Positions 1-11,272 of a stretch of DNA of 32,000 nt are shown here, piece after piece. The notes under the pieces are model-generated. The model made no database searches and was not told the DNA's origin. It was given only the letters and a program-made list of their open reading frames with translations. Each line of letters begins with the position of its first letter. Within the stretch, counting starts at the first letter, position 1. The position numbers were made by a program, and so were the translations under genes. The stretch lies in the NCBI RefSeq assembly GCF_053102575.1, contig NZ_CM129848.1; one strand, given 5' to 3'.

Positions 1-1235
1 CGGTCTGCGACAACCAACACCGCTGGCCGCTCATGCAGGGTGATTATCTCTCCAGCCTGATTCTGGCTATTTACGCCCTGCGTAATCAACTGACCGATGA
101 GTGGCCGCAATATCCCGGTAACGAGATAAAACAAATCGTTGAACAGAGCGGCCTGTTTCTTGGTGATAATGCTGTAAGAACCCTGACGGGTTTGATAGAG
201 AAACAACATCAGCAAGCGCAAATAATTTCTGCCGATAATGTGCAGGGGTTGCTGCAAAGGGTGCCGGGTCTCGCGTCATTGAATATTATTGATACGCAGC
301 TGGTTGAGAACATTACCGGTCATTTATTACGTTGCCTTGCCGCACCAGTGTGGATTGCTGAGCATCGCCAAAGCAGCATGAATAACCTGAAAGCCGCCTG
401 GCCTGCGGCCTTTGATATGAGTCTGCACTTTATTACGCTACTGCGTGAACAGCTCGATATTCCCCTTTTCGACAGCGATCTGATCGGTTTGTATTTTGCC
501 TGTGCGCTGGAACGGCATCAAAACGAACGCCAGCCGATCATTTTGCTCTCGGACCAGAACGCGATTGCCACCATTAATCAGCTCGCCATTGAGCGCGATG
601 TTTTACATTGTCGGGTGATTATTGCCCGTAGCTTAAGCGAGCTTGTTGCCATTCGCGAAGAGATTGAGCCGTTATTGATCATTAACAACAGCCATTATTT
701 ACTGGATGACGCGGTAAATAATTACATCACCGTAAAAAATATCATTACGGCTGCCGGTATCGAACAAATAAAACATTTTCTGGCGACGGCATTTATTCGC
801 CAACAACCGGAGCGTTTTTTCTCTGCCCCCGGAAGTTTTCATTATTCGAATGTACGCGGTGAAAGCTGGCAACATATTACCCGGCAAATTTGTGCGCAAT
901 TAGTCGCACAACACCATATTACCGCCGATGAAGCGCAACGGATCATCGCCCGCGAAGGCGAAGGTGAAAACCTGATTGTTAATCGCCTCGCCATCCCACA
1001 TTGCAGGAGCGAACAGGAGCGACGTTTTCGTGGATTTTTTATTACCCTCGCCCAATCAGTTGAGGTGAATAAAGAAGTCATTAACCATGTTTTGATCGCC
1101 TGCGCCGCCGCCGATGCGCGTCATGAGCTAAAAATATTCAGCTATCTGGCAAGCGTATTGTGTCAGCATCCGGCGGAGACTATTGTCGGACTAACGGGGT
1201 ATGAAGGGTTTATGGCGTTACTTCGCCAGGGGTGA
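1..1235 (+). CDS. frvR: C-terminal part of FrvR, putative frv operon (PTS) regulator; 5' end lies outside the window
   Basis: Reading frame is open to the window edge (VCDNQHRWPLMQGDYLSS...) and stops at 1233-1235. It sits next to yiiG/fdhD as in the E. coli arrangement fdhD-yiiG-frvR. Confidence 0.75.
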   Translation, partial: VCDNQHRWPLMQGDYLSSLILAIYALRNQLTDEWPQYPGNEIKQIVEQSGLFLGDNAVRTLTGLIEKQHQQAQIISADNVQGLLQRVPGLASLNIIDTQLVENITGHLLRCLAAPVWIAEHRQSSMNNLKAAWPAAFDMSLHFITLLREQLDIPLFDSDLIGLYFACALERHQNERQPIILLSDQNAIATINQLAIERDVLHCRVIIARSLSELVAIREEIEPLLIINNSHYLLDDAVNNYITVKNIITAAGIEQIKHFLATAFIRQQPERFFSAPGSFHYSNVRGESWQHITRQICAQLVAQHHITADEAQRIIAREGEGENLIVNRLAIPHCRSEQERRFRGFFITLAQSVEVNKEVINHVLIACAAADARHELKIFSYLASVLCQHPAETIVGLTGYEGFMALLRQG

Positions 1236-1276
1236 ATGATGTCGGATGCACCGCTAACACGGCTTAACGACGTTTA

Positions 1277-1308
1277 GGTCGGATAAGGCGTTTACGCCGC
1301 ATCCGACC
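1277..1308. repeat. REP-like palindrome between convergent frvR and yiiG
   Basis: ggtcggataaggcgtttacgccgcatccgacc is an imperfect palindrome matching the typical E. coli REP core. Confidence 0.85.
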
Positions 1309-1336
1309 TTGTATTTCTCAGCAAAAACAAAAACGT

Positions 1337-2392
1337 TTAACGCAGGCTATTATAGTCATCAACCATTTCGTTGTACTCGCGTAACGCTCGTGGAAATGAG
1401 TCTTCGACCATCCAGCTTGTGTTTGCATCCTGAAGATGCTCTTTATCCCAGTCAGAGTACGGGACTTTATCTCTGACGCGGCGAACATATTTTTTAGTCT
1501 CGAGTTGATACTGGTCTGCCGAATTAATGAACGAGAAATTCATACCGCCTTTATCCGCTTCTTTGGCCTGCGCTACCAGCGTTTCCAGTTCAGAGACTTT
1601 CTTCATTGCCGCATCAACATCAAACTTCTCTTGCGATATCAGGTTATTAATTTGTTTCGCTGAAATCATGACTGCCAGAGAGTAGTAGTGGAATGTTTTC
1701 CCTTCTCTTTCTTCAATATTTTTCAGTTCCGCAAGCTGGCGCTTATCATTAATTTCCTGAATCGCCGCATGATAAGATTCTGCTACAGGTTCAAAGGCTT
1801 CCAGATTTTTTAAGAATGTCTGGTGCAGCGTTTTCCCTTTCGCAAACGCATCGTCTTTATAATTTTCCTGGGTGTAATATTTATCCATTTCGTTAATGGT
1901 ATTACCCAACGCCACGGCAGCATCGATATAACTCACCGCCACGCCATCAATTGGTTGCAGCGCAGGCGTTAACGCCACAGCACTTTTTACGCCTTTTTCA
2001 CACTCAGCGAGGCTGGATTCACTAATGCCGTAGATGCCATAAACAGTACGCTCTTCACCGGTAGGCCCCTGTTTAAAATCTTTCAGCCAGTCAGCATAAC
2101 GCGCCAGACTGCTCTGTACCGGGATCTGTAACTTGTTGTAGCACTTGATATAGACATCCATTTTTTCGTCGAAAACCGCTTGTTCATCGACCACCGGTTG
2201 CGCAGGTGTTTCAGGTTTAGCATCTGCTTTTGCAACGGGAGCTTCAGTAGGTTTCGCTTCAGGAGCTGGTGCGGCAGGTTGACTATTGGCAGGCGGGGGC
2301 GTTTCTGTTTCGGCTTTTTTATCATCACAACCCGTCAGACCGAGGGCCATGATGGCGACTATAATAGCGGAAGATAATAAATTCCTTTTCAT
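1337..2392 (-). CDS. yiiG: Putative lipoprotein YiiG (DUF3829-like)
   Basis: 351 aa. N-terminus MKRNLLSSAIIVAIMALGLTGC has a signal peptide and lipobox, followed by a Pro/Ala/Glu-rich linker. Synteny matches. Confidence 0.85.
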   Translation of the reverse strand: MKRNLLSSAIIVAIMALGLTGCDDKKAETETPPPANSQPAAPAPEAKPTEAPVAKADAKPETPAQPVVDEQAVFDEKMDVYIKCYNKLQIPVQSSLARYADWLKDFKQGPTGEERTVYGIYGISESSLAECEKGVKSAVALTPALQPIDGVAVSYIDAAVALGNTINEMDKYYTQENYKDDAFAKGKTLHQTFLKNLEAFEPVAESYHAAIQEINDKRQLAELKNIEEREGKTFHYYSLAVMISAKQINNLISQEKFDVDAAMKKVSELETLVAQAKEADKGGMNFSFINSADQYQLETKKYVRRVRDKVPYSDWDKEHLQDANTSWMVEDSFPRALREYNEMVDDYNSLR

Positions 2393-2544
2393 TTAATTGC
2401 CTTATAAATATATAGATAAGAGAGTGAACATAATAAATGAAAAAAGAAAACGCCACTACACGCATTTTGTTTATAAATAAAATAATAAAATTCACGAAAT
2501 GAATAAGTCCTGCAATTTAATATATATCGCAGGACTTATTTTAA

Positions 2545-3378
2545 TTAATTGCTCAAACGCTGCGGATGGGTATAAACCGTTGCCCGACCCGGTTTACAAA
2601 AACCTACCAGTGTCAAATTACAGCGCTCAGCCACTTCTACAGCAAGCGTGGTCGCGGCAGACACCGCAAACAAAATCTCTACGCCGCACATCGCCGACTT
2701 TTGCACCATTTCATAACTGGCACGACTGGAAACCAGTACCGCACCTTGCTGCCAGCTCTCCCCTTCTTGTGACCGGCGGCCTAACAGTTTGTCCAGCGCC
2801 ACATGGCGACCCACGTCTTCATGCCCGCCGACCAGTTCGCCAGATGGCAACATCCAGGCAGCGGCGTGAGTACAACCAGTCAGTTGTCCCACTGGCTGAA
2901 AATCGTTGAGATGACGTAATGCATCATCCAGTTTGTTGAGATCAAACGTCTGGGTGAACGGTAGCGGCTGCACCGGTTTTCCGATGTCATTAAGTTGCTC
3001 CACGCCGCATACGCCACAGCCCGTACGTCCCGCCAGCGCCCGGCGGCGCTCCTTCAACCCCATAAAGCGGCGGCTGGAAAGCTCAATTTGTACTTCAAGA
3101 CCATTACAGGAAGGAACGACATCCATGCCGAAGATATCGCGCGGACTTTCTATTATCCCCTCGGAAAGCGAAAAACCGAGCGCAAAGTACTCAAGGTCTT
3201 TGGGCGACGCCATCATCACCACATGCGAAATACCGTTGTAGACCAGCGCAACGGGAACTTCTTCCGCCACCTCATCCAACCGTGGGTGTTGTAAATCGTC
3301 ACGCCGCCATAACTCAATTTGACGAACACCTGTGATATTCATCACATTTTTGATTTCTTTTTGCTGTGTTTTTTTCAC
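2545..3378 (-). CDS. fdhD: FdhD sulfurtransferase required for formate dehydrogenase activity
   Basis: 277 aa, with the [12 protein letters not shown] CxxC motif. Divergent from fdoG. Confidence 0.95.
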   Translation of the reverse strand: MKKTQQKEIKNVMNITGVRQIELWRRDDLQHPRLDEVAEEVPVALVYNGISHVVMMASPKDLEYFALGFSLSEGIIESPRDIFGMDVVPSCNGLEVQIELSSRRFMGLKERRRALAGRTGCGVCGVEQLNDIGKPVQPLPFTQTFDLNKLDDALRHLNDFQPVGQLTGCTHAAAWMLPSGELVGGHEDVGRHVALDKLLGRRSQEGESWQQGAVLVSSRASYEMVQKSAMCGVEILFAVSAATTLAVEVAERCNLTLVGFCKPGRATVYTHPQRLSN

Positions 3379-3571
3379 TTTCTCTTAACCAGATAAGAAC
3401 ACACACACCAACATTATGGTATTCTGTTACAAACCCTTCCTGGATGGAGGGAAATTGAGCCAATTCTGGACCTTTGCGGCCCCTTCCGCAAAGAAAAATA
3501 ACTCCCACTCCCTGCACACTCAGCAAGCGAATGTAAATGGGACGTGACAATGTCGAAACAAGGAGCAATCC

Positions 3572-6500
3572 ATGCAGGTCAGCAGAAGGCAGTTCTTTAA
3601 GATCTGCGCTGGCGGTATGGCAGGCACCACGGCAGCGGCACTGGGTTTTGCACCCAGCGTAGCACTCGCGGAAACCCGGCAGTATAAACTGCTGCGCACC
3701 CGCGAAACCCGTAATACCTGCACCTATTGTTCCGTAGGCTGTGGGCTGTTGATGTACAGCCTCGGTGACGGAGCAAAAAACGCCAAAGCATCTATCTTCC
3801 ATATCGAAGGCGATCCGGATCACCCGGTCAACCGCGGTGCACTTTGTCCGAAAGGCGCTGGCCTGGTGGATTTCATCCACTCCGAAAGCCGTCTGAAGTT
3901 CCCGGAATACCGTGCCCCTGGTTCTGATAAATGGCAGCAAATCAGTTGGGAAGAGGCGTTTGATCGCATCGCCAAACTGATGAAAGAAGACCGCGATGCT
4001 AACTACATTGCGCAAAACGCCGAAGGCGTGACCGTTAACCGCTGGCTCTCCACCGGGATGCTGTGTGCTTCCGCGTCGAGTAACGAAACCGGCTATTTAA
4101 CGCAAAAATTCTCCCGCGCGCTGGGTATGCTCGCGGTCGACAACCAGGCGCGTGTCTGACACGGACCAACGGTAGCAAGTCTTGCTCCAACATTTGGTCG
4201 CGGTGCGATGACCAACCACTGGGTCGACATCAAGAACGCCAACCTCGTCGTGGTGATGGGCGGTAACGCCGCTGAAGCTCACCCGGTCGGATTCCGCTGG
4301 GCGATGGAAGCCAAAATTCACAACGGCGCGAAGCTGATTGTGATCGATCCTCGCTTTACGCGTACGGCGGCAGTGGCTGACTACTATGCCCCTATTCGTT
4401 CCGGTACTGACATTGCTTTCCTGTCAGGCGTATTGCTGTACCTGCTGAACAATGAAAAATTCAACCGCGAATACACCGAAGCCTATACCAACGCCAGCCT
4501 GATCGTGCGTGAGGATTACGGCTTTGAAGATGGCCTGTTCACCGGCTACGACGCAGAAAAACGCAAGTACGATAAATCCTCCTGGACTTACGAACTGGAC
4601 GAAAACGGCTTCGCCAAACGCGATACCACGCTGCAACATCCGCGCTGCGTGTGGAACTTGCTGAAACAGCACGTTTCCCGCTACACGCCAGATGTGGTTG
4701 AAAACATCTGTGGTACGCCAAAAGACGCGTTCCTGAAAGTCTGCGAATACATCGCAGAAACCAGTGCTCACGATAAAACTGCCTCGTTCCTGTATGCCCT
4801 CGGCTGGACGCAACACTCCGTTGGTGCGCAAAACATTCGTACGATGGCGATGATCCAGCTGCTGCTCGGCAACATGGGGATGGCAGGCGGCGGCGTTAAC
4901 GCCCTGCGCGGTCACTCCAATATTCAGGGGCTGACGGACCTGGGCCTTCTGTCGCAGAGCCTGCCAGGTTACATGACGCTGCCAAGCGAGAAGCAGACCG
5001 ATCTGCAAACCTACCTTACCGCCAACACGCCAAAACCGCTGCTGGAAGGCCAGGTAAACTACTGGGGCAACTACCCGAAATTCTTCGTCTCCATGATGAA
5101 GGCTTTCTTTGGTGATAAAGCAACGGCGGAAAATAGCTGGGGCTTTGACTGGTTGCCGAAGTGGGATAAAGGCTACGACGTCCTGCAATACTTCGAGATG
5201 ATGAAAGAGGGCAAGGTCAATGGCTATATCTGCCAGGGCTTTAACCCTGTTGCCTCATTCCCGAACAAAAACAAAGTGATCGGTTGTCTGTCGAAACTGA
5301 AGTTCCTCGTCACCATCGACCCGCTGAACACTGAAACCTCTAACTTCTGGCAGAACCACGGTGAGCTGAACGAAGTTGACTCGTCGAAGATCCAGACCGA
5401 AGTGTTCCGTCTGCCATCGACCTGCTTCGCGGAAGAGAACGGTTCTATCGTAAACTCAGGTCGCTGGTTGCAGTGGCACTGGAAAGGTGCGGACGCCCCA
5501 GGGATTGCGCTGACTGATGGCGAGATCCTCTCCGGTATCTTCCTGCGCTTGCGCAAGATGTATGCCGAACAGGGTGGCGCGAACCCGGACCAGGTGCTGA
5601 ACATGACCTGGAACTACGCCATTCCGCATGAGCCGAAGTCGGAAGAAGTAGCGATGGAGAGCAACGGTAAGGCGCTGGCCGATATTACCGATCCGGCAAC
5701 CGGTGCGGTTATCGTCAAGAAAGGCCAACAACTTAGCTCGTTTGCCCAACTTCGCGATGACGGTACAACTTCCTGTGGTTGCTGGATTTTCGCCGGTAGC
5801 TGGACGCCGGAAGGCAACCAGATGGCACGCCGTGATAACGCCGATCCGTCTGGCCTCGGTAACACGCTGGGCTGGGCATGGGCATGGCCGCTTAACCGCC
5901 GCATTCTGTATAACCGCGCCTCCGCAGATCCGCAGGGTAACCCGTGGGATCCGAAGCGTCAGTTGCTGAAATGGGACGGCACTAAGTGGACCGGCTGGGA
6001 TATTCCGGACTACAGCGCAGCGCCTCCGGGTAGCGGCGTCGGGCCGTTTATCATGCAGCAGGAAGGCATGGGGCGTCTGTTTGCCCTCGATAAGATGGCG
6101 GAAGGTCCGTTCCCGGAACACTACGAGCCGTTTGAAACGCCGCTGGGAACTAACCCGCTGCATCCAAACGTTATCTCGAACCCGGCTGCACGTATCTTTA
6201 AAGACGACGCCGAAGCATTGGGTAAAGCCGATAAGTTCCCGTATGTCGGAACCACCTATCGTCTGACCGAGCACTTCCACTACTGGACCAAACACGCGCT
6301 GTTGAACGCGATTTTGCAACCAGAGCAGTTTGTGGAAATCGGGGAGTCGCTGGCGAATAAACTTGGCATTGCCCAGGGCGATACCGTGAAAGTCTCCTCC
6401 AACCGTGGCTATATCAAAGCCAAAGCGGTGGTGACCAAACGTATTCGCACGCTGAAAGCGAACGGCAAAGATATCGATACCATCGGTATTCCGATTCACT

Positions 6501-6622
6501 GGGGTTATGAAGGCGTAGCTAAAAAAGGCTTTATTGCCAATACGTTAACGCCATTCGTTGGTGATGCGAACACGCAGACGCCGGAGTTTAAGTCCTTCCT
6601 TGTGAATGTGGAAAAGGTGTAA
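3572..6622 (+). CDS. fdoG: Formate dehydrogenase-O alpha subunit, selenocysteine-containing (1016 aa)
   Basis: ORFs 3572..4159 and 4208..6622 are in the same frame, joined through TGA at 4157-4159 (codon 196). Twin-arginine-type leader (SRRQFFKICAGGMAGTTAAALG), 4Fe-4S CTYC..CG.L motif, and molybdopterin oxidoreductase sequence throughout. Confidence 0.97.
4157..4200 (+). promoter_or_regulatory. UGA selenocysteine codon plus bacterial SECIS hairpin
   Basis: TGA at 4157-4159 is followed by gaccaa (4164-4169) pairing with ttggtc (4194-4199) and an apical agcaag-t-cttgct (4174-4186) containing AAGUCU. Confidence 0.9.
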
Positions 6623-6634
6623 CGGAGACGACAT

Positions 6635-7537
6635 ATGGCTTATCAATCGCAAGATATCATTCGTCGTTCCGCGACTAACGGTCTGACCCCCGCGCCTCAG
6701 GCGCGGGACTTCCAGGAAGAAGTGGCGAAACTCATCGACGTCACCACCTGTATCGGCTGTAAAGCCTGTCAGGTGGCGTGTTCAGAGTGGAACGACATTC
6801 GCGATACCGTCGGCAATAACATTGGGGTGTACGACAACCCCAATGATTTAAGCGCCAAATCGTGGACGGTGATGCGCTTCTCGGAAGTGGAGCAGAACGA
6901 CAAACTGGAATGGCTGATCCGCAAAGACGGCTGTATGCACTGTTCCGATCCAGGCTGCCTGAAAGCGTGCCCGGCGGAAGGTGCAATTATTCAGTATGCC
7001 AACGGTATCGTCGACTTCCAGTCCGAGCAGTGCATTGGCTGCGGTTATTGCATTGCGGGCTGTCCGTTCGACATTCCGCGCCTCAACCCGGAAGACAACC
7101 GCGTCTACAAATGTACGCTGTGCGTTGACCGCGTGGTGGTTGGGCAAGAACCAGCCTGCGTGAAGACCTGCCCAACGGGCGCGATTCACTTCGGTACGAA
7201 AGAGTCGATGAAAACGCTGGCGAGCGAGCGCGTGGCGGAGCTGAAAACCCGCGGTTACGACAATGCGGGCCTGTACGATCCGGCAGGCGTCGGTGGTACA
7301 CACGTTATGTACGTGCTGCACCATGCTGACAAGCCAAATCTGTATCATGGCTTGCCGGAGAACCCGGAAATCAGCGAAACCGTGAAATTCTGGAAAGGCA
7401 TCTGGAAACCGCTCGCAGCTGTTGGCTTTGCGGCTACCTTCGCAGCCAGTATCTTCCACTACGTGGGTGTCGGTCCGAACCGTGCGGATGAGGAAGAGAA
7501 TAATCTGCACGAAGAGAAAGACGAGGAGCGCAAATGA
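6635..7537 (+). CDS. fdoH: Formate dehydrogenase-O iron-sulfur (beta) subunit
   Basis: 300 aa, four 4Fe-4S cysteine clusters ([52 protein letters not shown]) and a C-terminal TM helix. Confidence 0.97.
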
Positions 7538-8169
7538 AACGACGTGACACCATCGTGCGCTACACCGCGCCGGAACGTATCAACCACTGGATCACCGCCT
7601 TCTGCTTCATCCTGGCGGCGGTGAGCGGGCTGGGCTTTTTGTTCCCGTCCTTCAACTGGTTGATGCAAATCATGGGCACACCGCAGCTGGCGCGAATTCT
7701 GCACCCGTTTGTCGGCGTGGTTATGTTTGCCTCGTTCATCATCATGTTTTTCCGTTACTGGCATCACAACCTAATCAATCGGGATGATATCTTTTGGGCG
7801 AAGAATATTCGTAAGATCGTCGTCAACGAGGAAGTAGGTGACACCGGGCGTTATAACTTCGGTCAGAAATGCGTTTTCTGGGCGGCGATTATTTTCCTGG
7901 TTCTGCTGCTGGTGAGCGGCGTGATTATCTGGCGTCCTTATTTTGCGCCTGCTTTCTCAATCCCGGTGATCCGATTCGCGTTAATGCTGCATTCATTTGC
8001 CGCAGTGGCGTTAATTGTGGTTATCATGGTGCATATCTACGCCGCCCTTTGGGTGAAAGGCACGATTACCGCCATGGTGGAAGGATGGGTTACCAGCGCC
8101 TGGGCGAAGAAACATCACCCGCGCTGGTACCGTGAGGTCCGCAAGACAACGGAAAAGAAAGCTGAATGA
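7534..8169 (+). CDS. fdoI: Formate dehydrogenase-O cytochrome b556 (gamma) subunit
   Basis: 211 aa, multi-TM. ATG overlaps the fdoH stop. Confidence 0.97.
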
Positions 8170-9095
8170 GTATTCGCATAATCCCGCAAGATGAGCTGGG
8201 TTCGAGCGAGAAACGTACGGCGGATATGATTCCGCCGTTATTGTTCCCTCGGCTCAAGAATTTATACAACCGCCGCGCCGAGCGTCTGCGCGAGCTGGCA
8301 GAAAATAATCCGCTGGGTGATTACCTGCGCTTTGCTGCGCTTATCGCCCACGCCCAGGAAGTGGTGCTGTACGACCATCCGCTGGAGATGGATCTGACTG
8401 CGCGCATTAAAGAAGCCAGCGCACAAGGCAAGCCCCCGCTGGATATTCACGTTCTGCCGCGTGATAAGCACTGGCAAAAGCTGCTGATGGCGCTGATTGC
8501 TGAGCTGAAACCTGAAATGAGCGGCCCGGCGCTGGCAGTGATTGAGAATCTGGAGAAGGCATCGACTCAGGAGCTGGAAGATATGGCCAGCGCACTGTTT
8601 GCCTCTGATTTCTCATCCGTCAGTAGCGATAAAGCGCCGTTTATCTGGGCTGCACTGTCGCTCTACTGGGCGCAGATGGCCAATCTGATCCCCGGCAAAG
8701 CCCGCGCTGAATACGGCGAGCAACGTCAATATTGCCCGGTTTGTGGTTCTATGCCGGTGTCCAGCATGGTGCAAATTGGCACCACTCAGGGGCTACGTTA
8801 CCTGCACTGCAACCTGTGTGAAACTGAATGGCACGTTGTGCGCGTAAAATGCAGCAACTGCGAGCAGAGCGGCAAATTGCATTACTGGTCGCTGGATGAC
8901 GAACAGGCCGCGATTAAAGCCGAAAGCTGCGATGACTGCGGCACTTACCTGAAAATTCTCTATCAGGAAAAAGATCCAAAAATCGAAGCCGTAGCAGATG
9001 ACCTCGCCTCTCTGGTACTGGACGCACGAATGGAGCAAGAAGGCTATGCCCGCAGTTCCATCAACCCGTTCCTGTTTCCGGGTGAAGGGGAGTAA
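8166..9095 (+). CDS. fdhE: Formate dehydrogenase accessory protein FdhE
   Basis: 309 aa with rubredoxin-like CxxC pairs (CPVCGS, CNLC, CSNC, CDDCG). Overlaps fdoI. Confidence 0.96.
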   Translation: MSIRIIPQDELGSSEKRTADMIPPLLFPRLKNLYNRRAERLRELAENNPLGDYLRFAALIAHAQEVVLYDHPLEMDLTARIKEASAQGKPPLDIHVLPRDKHWQKLLMALIAELKPEMSGPALAVIENLEKASTQELEDMASALFASDFSSVSSDKAPFIWAALSLYWAQMANLIPGKARAEYGEQRQYCPVCGSMPVSSMVQIGTTQGLRYLHCNLCETEWHVVRVKCSNCEQSGKLHYWSLDDEQAAIKAESCDDCGTYLKILYQEKDPKIEAVADDLASLVLDARMEQEGYARSSINPFLFPGEGE

Positions 9096-9259
9096 TCTCT
9101 GACGTTTTCCGGGTGGCGCTGGTCGCCCGGATTACAGCTCATAGGGTGTGACGACACCATCTCTCGTATTCCGCGTTACCACCTCAAGCTATGCCGCCAA
9201 TTTACCCACCACCACATCAATAAGGTTATGGGCATGAGACTGATGACAAGCGTAAGATT

Positions 9260-9358
9260 GCCTGATGCGCTGCGCTTATCAGGCCTACCAATAAACTGCA
9301 ATACATTGAATTTATACGACTTTGTAGGCCGGATAAGGCGTTCACGCCGCATCCGGCA
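9260..9358. repeat. REP/BIME-like cluster between fdhE and yiiF
   Basis: gcctgatgcgctgcgcttatcaggcc (about 9260-9285) and gccggataaggcgttcacgccgcatccggc (about 9328-9358). Confidence 0.8.
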
Positions 9359-9407
9359 TGAACAACGCGCACGTTGTCAGCAATCTGATTGACATCATTT
9401 TTTCCCA

Positions 9408-9626
9408 TTACCATTCCTCGCGCAGCTTACGCTGATATTCGACACCATCTTCCTCACACCCTTGCCAGATGCCAGGAACACTGGTTCTTGCTGTTTGCGA
9501 TTGATTTATCAGGTATTGATCTACCGCTTCCCTTAATAGGTCCGTACGAGGAAGATTACGCTGCACCTCAAGATCATCAAGTTGCTTAATCACCTCATTC
9601 GATAAATCGAGTATAATTCTGCCCAT
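9408..9626 (-). CDS. yiiF: Ribbon-helix-helix protein YiiF
   Basis: [42 protein letters not shown]/CopG pattern. The open frame extends to 9650; the internal Met is suggested as start. Confidence 0.8.
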   Translation of the reverse strand: MGRIILDLSNEVIKQLDDLEVQRNLPRTDLLREAVDQYLINQSQTARTSVPGIWQGCEEDGVEYQRKLREEW

Positions 9627-9867
9627 ATCAATACCTGCCAGAGAGTTCATAAATATTTGACCAATATCATTTGATATCTATGGAGAGAAAAGTACCCTTG
9701 TCGAATCTTTAAAGAAAGCGCATTTACGCATCACTTTTTGTTTTTGCGAGGCGTTTTCCAGATATGATGTAACAGTTGCAATTATTATAAGTTCAAGTAA
9801 AACAGCCTTGTATTAATACCAAAATAAGGGCATCTGTTTTTTTATATTCAAGAATGAAAAATTTTTG

Positions 9868-10086
9868 TCATTCCTTATGCTCCTTACACTGATCATCAAC
9901 ACCAACTACCTCCCCCTTTTGCCTGCCTCCCTTTGCTTTACGCACCGGGAATTGCTGACGTTCCAGATATTGCTCTACCGCTTCGCGTAAAATTGCAGAT
10001 CGTGAAACCTTACGCCAGCCCCGAAGCTTGTTCAGCCGTTTAATTGCCTCTTCTGATAAATGAAGAAAAACCGTATTCATCGCCAT
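9868..10086 (-). CDS. yiiE: Ribbon-helix-helix protein YiiE
   Basis: MAMNTVFLHLSEEAIKRLNKLRGWRKVSRSAILREAVEQYLE RHH pattern. Open frame to 10113. Confidence 0.8.
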   Translation of the reverse strand: MAMNTVFLHLSEEAIKRLNKLRGWRKVSRSAILREAVEQYLERQQFPVRKAKGGRQKGEVVGVDDQCKEHKE

Positions 10087-10390
10087 TACCAATACCTTAC
10101 ATATATTACTCATTAATGTATGTGCGAAAATTACGCCGGAAAATTAATTAACGAAAGCGGATTTTTGCATGTTGTTTTGTTTTTGCGAGACGTTTTCCAG
10201 AAATAATAAGAGCGTTGCAGTTGTTTCATTTGTTACTCAAAAATGGTTTAGTTATCGCCCAGGATGAGTTATGGGTGCTATGAATATATTATATTCAGGG
10301 ATATTTATTTGCATAATCTGAATGGTGTAGCCGAAAAACGTCAGCATCCTAACAGCACCAGGATTTAAGGTGAAATTAATCTTCCATCAC

Positions 10391-10424
10391 AGACCGGTCA
10401 GTACTGCCACCAACCGGTCTTTAC
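10391..10424. terminator. Terminator-like inverted repeat
   Basis: agaccggt (10391-10398) pairs perfectly with accggtct (10413-10420). Short T run only. Confidence 0.4.
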
Positions 10425-10591
10425 TTGCTCATCGTTATAATTTTGTTGGTAACAATTCGGGAAACAAGGAATTCCTTCCGGAACCCCCCGGTATCATCCG
10501 ATAGCATTGACGTCAATCATCAGCGCGACGATGAGTTTTTTTAATCGCATCATAGGGTGGCAACGTTCAGCACGATTACGGGTCATAACAA

Positions 10592-10657
10592 AACTCCTGA
10601 GCAGCGGCACTATGCCGCTTTCACAGGAGTTCTGAATGCTGGTGCTTTCTGTATGGC
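10592..10657 (+). repeat. Copy A of a perfect 66-bp direct repeat (hairpin, Shine-Dalgarno, start of 14-codon ORF)
   Basis: aactcctgagcagcggcactatgccgctttcacaggagttctgaatgctggtgctttctgtatggc, identical to 12408-12473. Confidence 0.97.
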
Positions 10658-10669
10658 ATAACCATGCCT

Positions 10670-10960
10670 CTAACGGTTAAGTGCTTGCAGCACATGTTGC
10701 GGATCATTGGCAATCGCTCGCAGCAAAGCCTTTGCAGGCCCGGTCGGTGAACGTCGCCCCTGCTCCCAGTTACGCAACGTGTCTACGCTTACAGAAATAA
10801 GATCGGCAAATTTAGATTGTGACAACCCTGAAGCGCGGCGTATTTCTTTGATTTTCATAGCATCAACTTCAAAAGTCCGCGAAGGCTGTCGCGTTCCTTC
10901 AATAATTTCATTCATCTGGGCCATGCTGTGAGTCAACCGCTCAAAAAGTGCCTTATCCAT
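10670..10960 (-). CDS. HigA-type antitoxin, XRE-family HTH
   Basis: 96 aa, IKEIRRASGLSQSKFADLISVSVDTLRNWEQGRRSPTGPAKALLRAI is typical of HigA/NadS-type antitoxins. Directly downstream of a toxin-like ORF. Confidence 0.88.
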   Translation of the reverse strand: MDKALFERLTHSMAQMNEIIEGTRQPSRTFEVDAMKIKEIRRASGLSQSKFADLISVSVDTLRNWEQGRRSPTGPAKALLRAIANDPQHVLQALNR

Positions 10961-11272
10961 TTACCACCTCGTATTTAACAACCGGAGCATTGCTTTTTCC
11001 TGGGGAGACAGATCATCTTTAATACCCTTACGATAAATAAGCAGTAATCTGATCTCATAATGTTTAACCTGATGAAAGTAAATAACCCTGACACCAGCAC
11101 GTTTCCCCTTTCCTCCTGACACCCATCGAACCTTTCTTAACCCACCAGTTTCAGGTATTACCTCACCATAGTCAGGATTCAAGGCCAGGAAAAACTGAAA
11201 ACGACTGAATTCATCGTCGGTCAGCAGTTTTTGAACATCTTCAGTAAAAATTTCCGTTTCGATGAAGAGCAT
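10961..11272 (-). CDS. RelE/HigB-type toxin
   Basis: 103 aa, small basic protein (GGLRKVRW..GKGKRAGVRVIYFH..IRLLLIYRKGIKDDLSPQEKAMLR). Abuts the HTH gene; toxin first, as in HigBA. Confidence 0.88.
   Translation of the reverse strand: MLFIETEIFTEDVQKLLTDDEFSRFQFFLALNPDYGEVIPETGGLRKVRWVSGGKGKRAGVRVIYFHQVKHYEIRLLLIYRKGIKDDLSPQEKAMLRLLNTRW

Noticed and set aside
1241-1308. Palindromes here and at 9260-9358 and 30414-30490 considered as CRISPR or novel repeats
   Set aside because: They match the familiar E. coli REP/BIME consensus and lie between convergent or terminal genes, with no spacer array.
2499-2909. 136-aa ORF ([24 protein letters not shown]...) opposite fdhD
   Set aside because: Although it begins with a signal-like stretch, it mostly overlaps fdhD antisense and becomes low-complexity translated shadow sequence. 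Not supported as a gene.
4157-4207. Apparent premature stop or pseudogene break in fdoG
   Set aside because: Frames on both sides are identical and joined by UGA with a SECIS hairpin, the known selenocysteine architecture.
4424-6499. Long antisense ORFs opposite fdoG (254 aa and 347 aa)
   Set aside because: These are shadow ORFs on the opposite strand of a strongly conserved gene. Composition and lack of RBS or family features argue against coding.
6848-7510. 220-aa antisense ORF opposite fdoH
   Set aside because: It mirrors the high-GC fdoH coding frame, with no recognisable domain.
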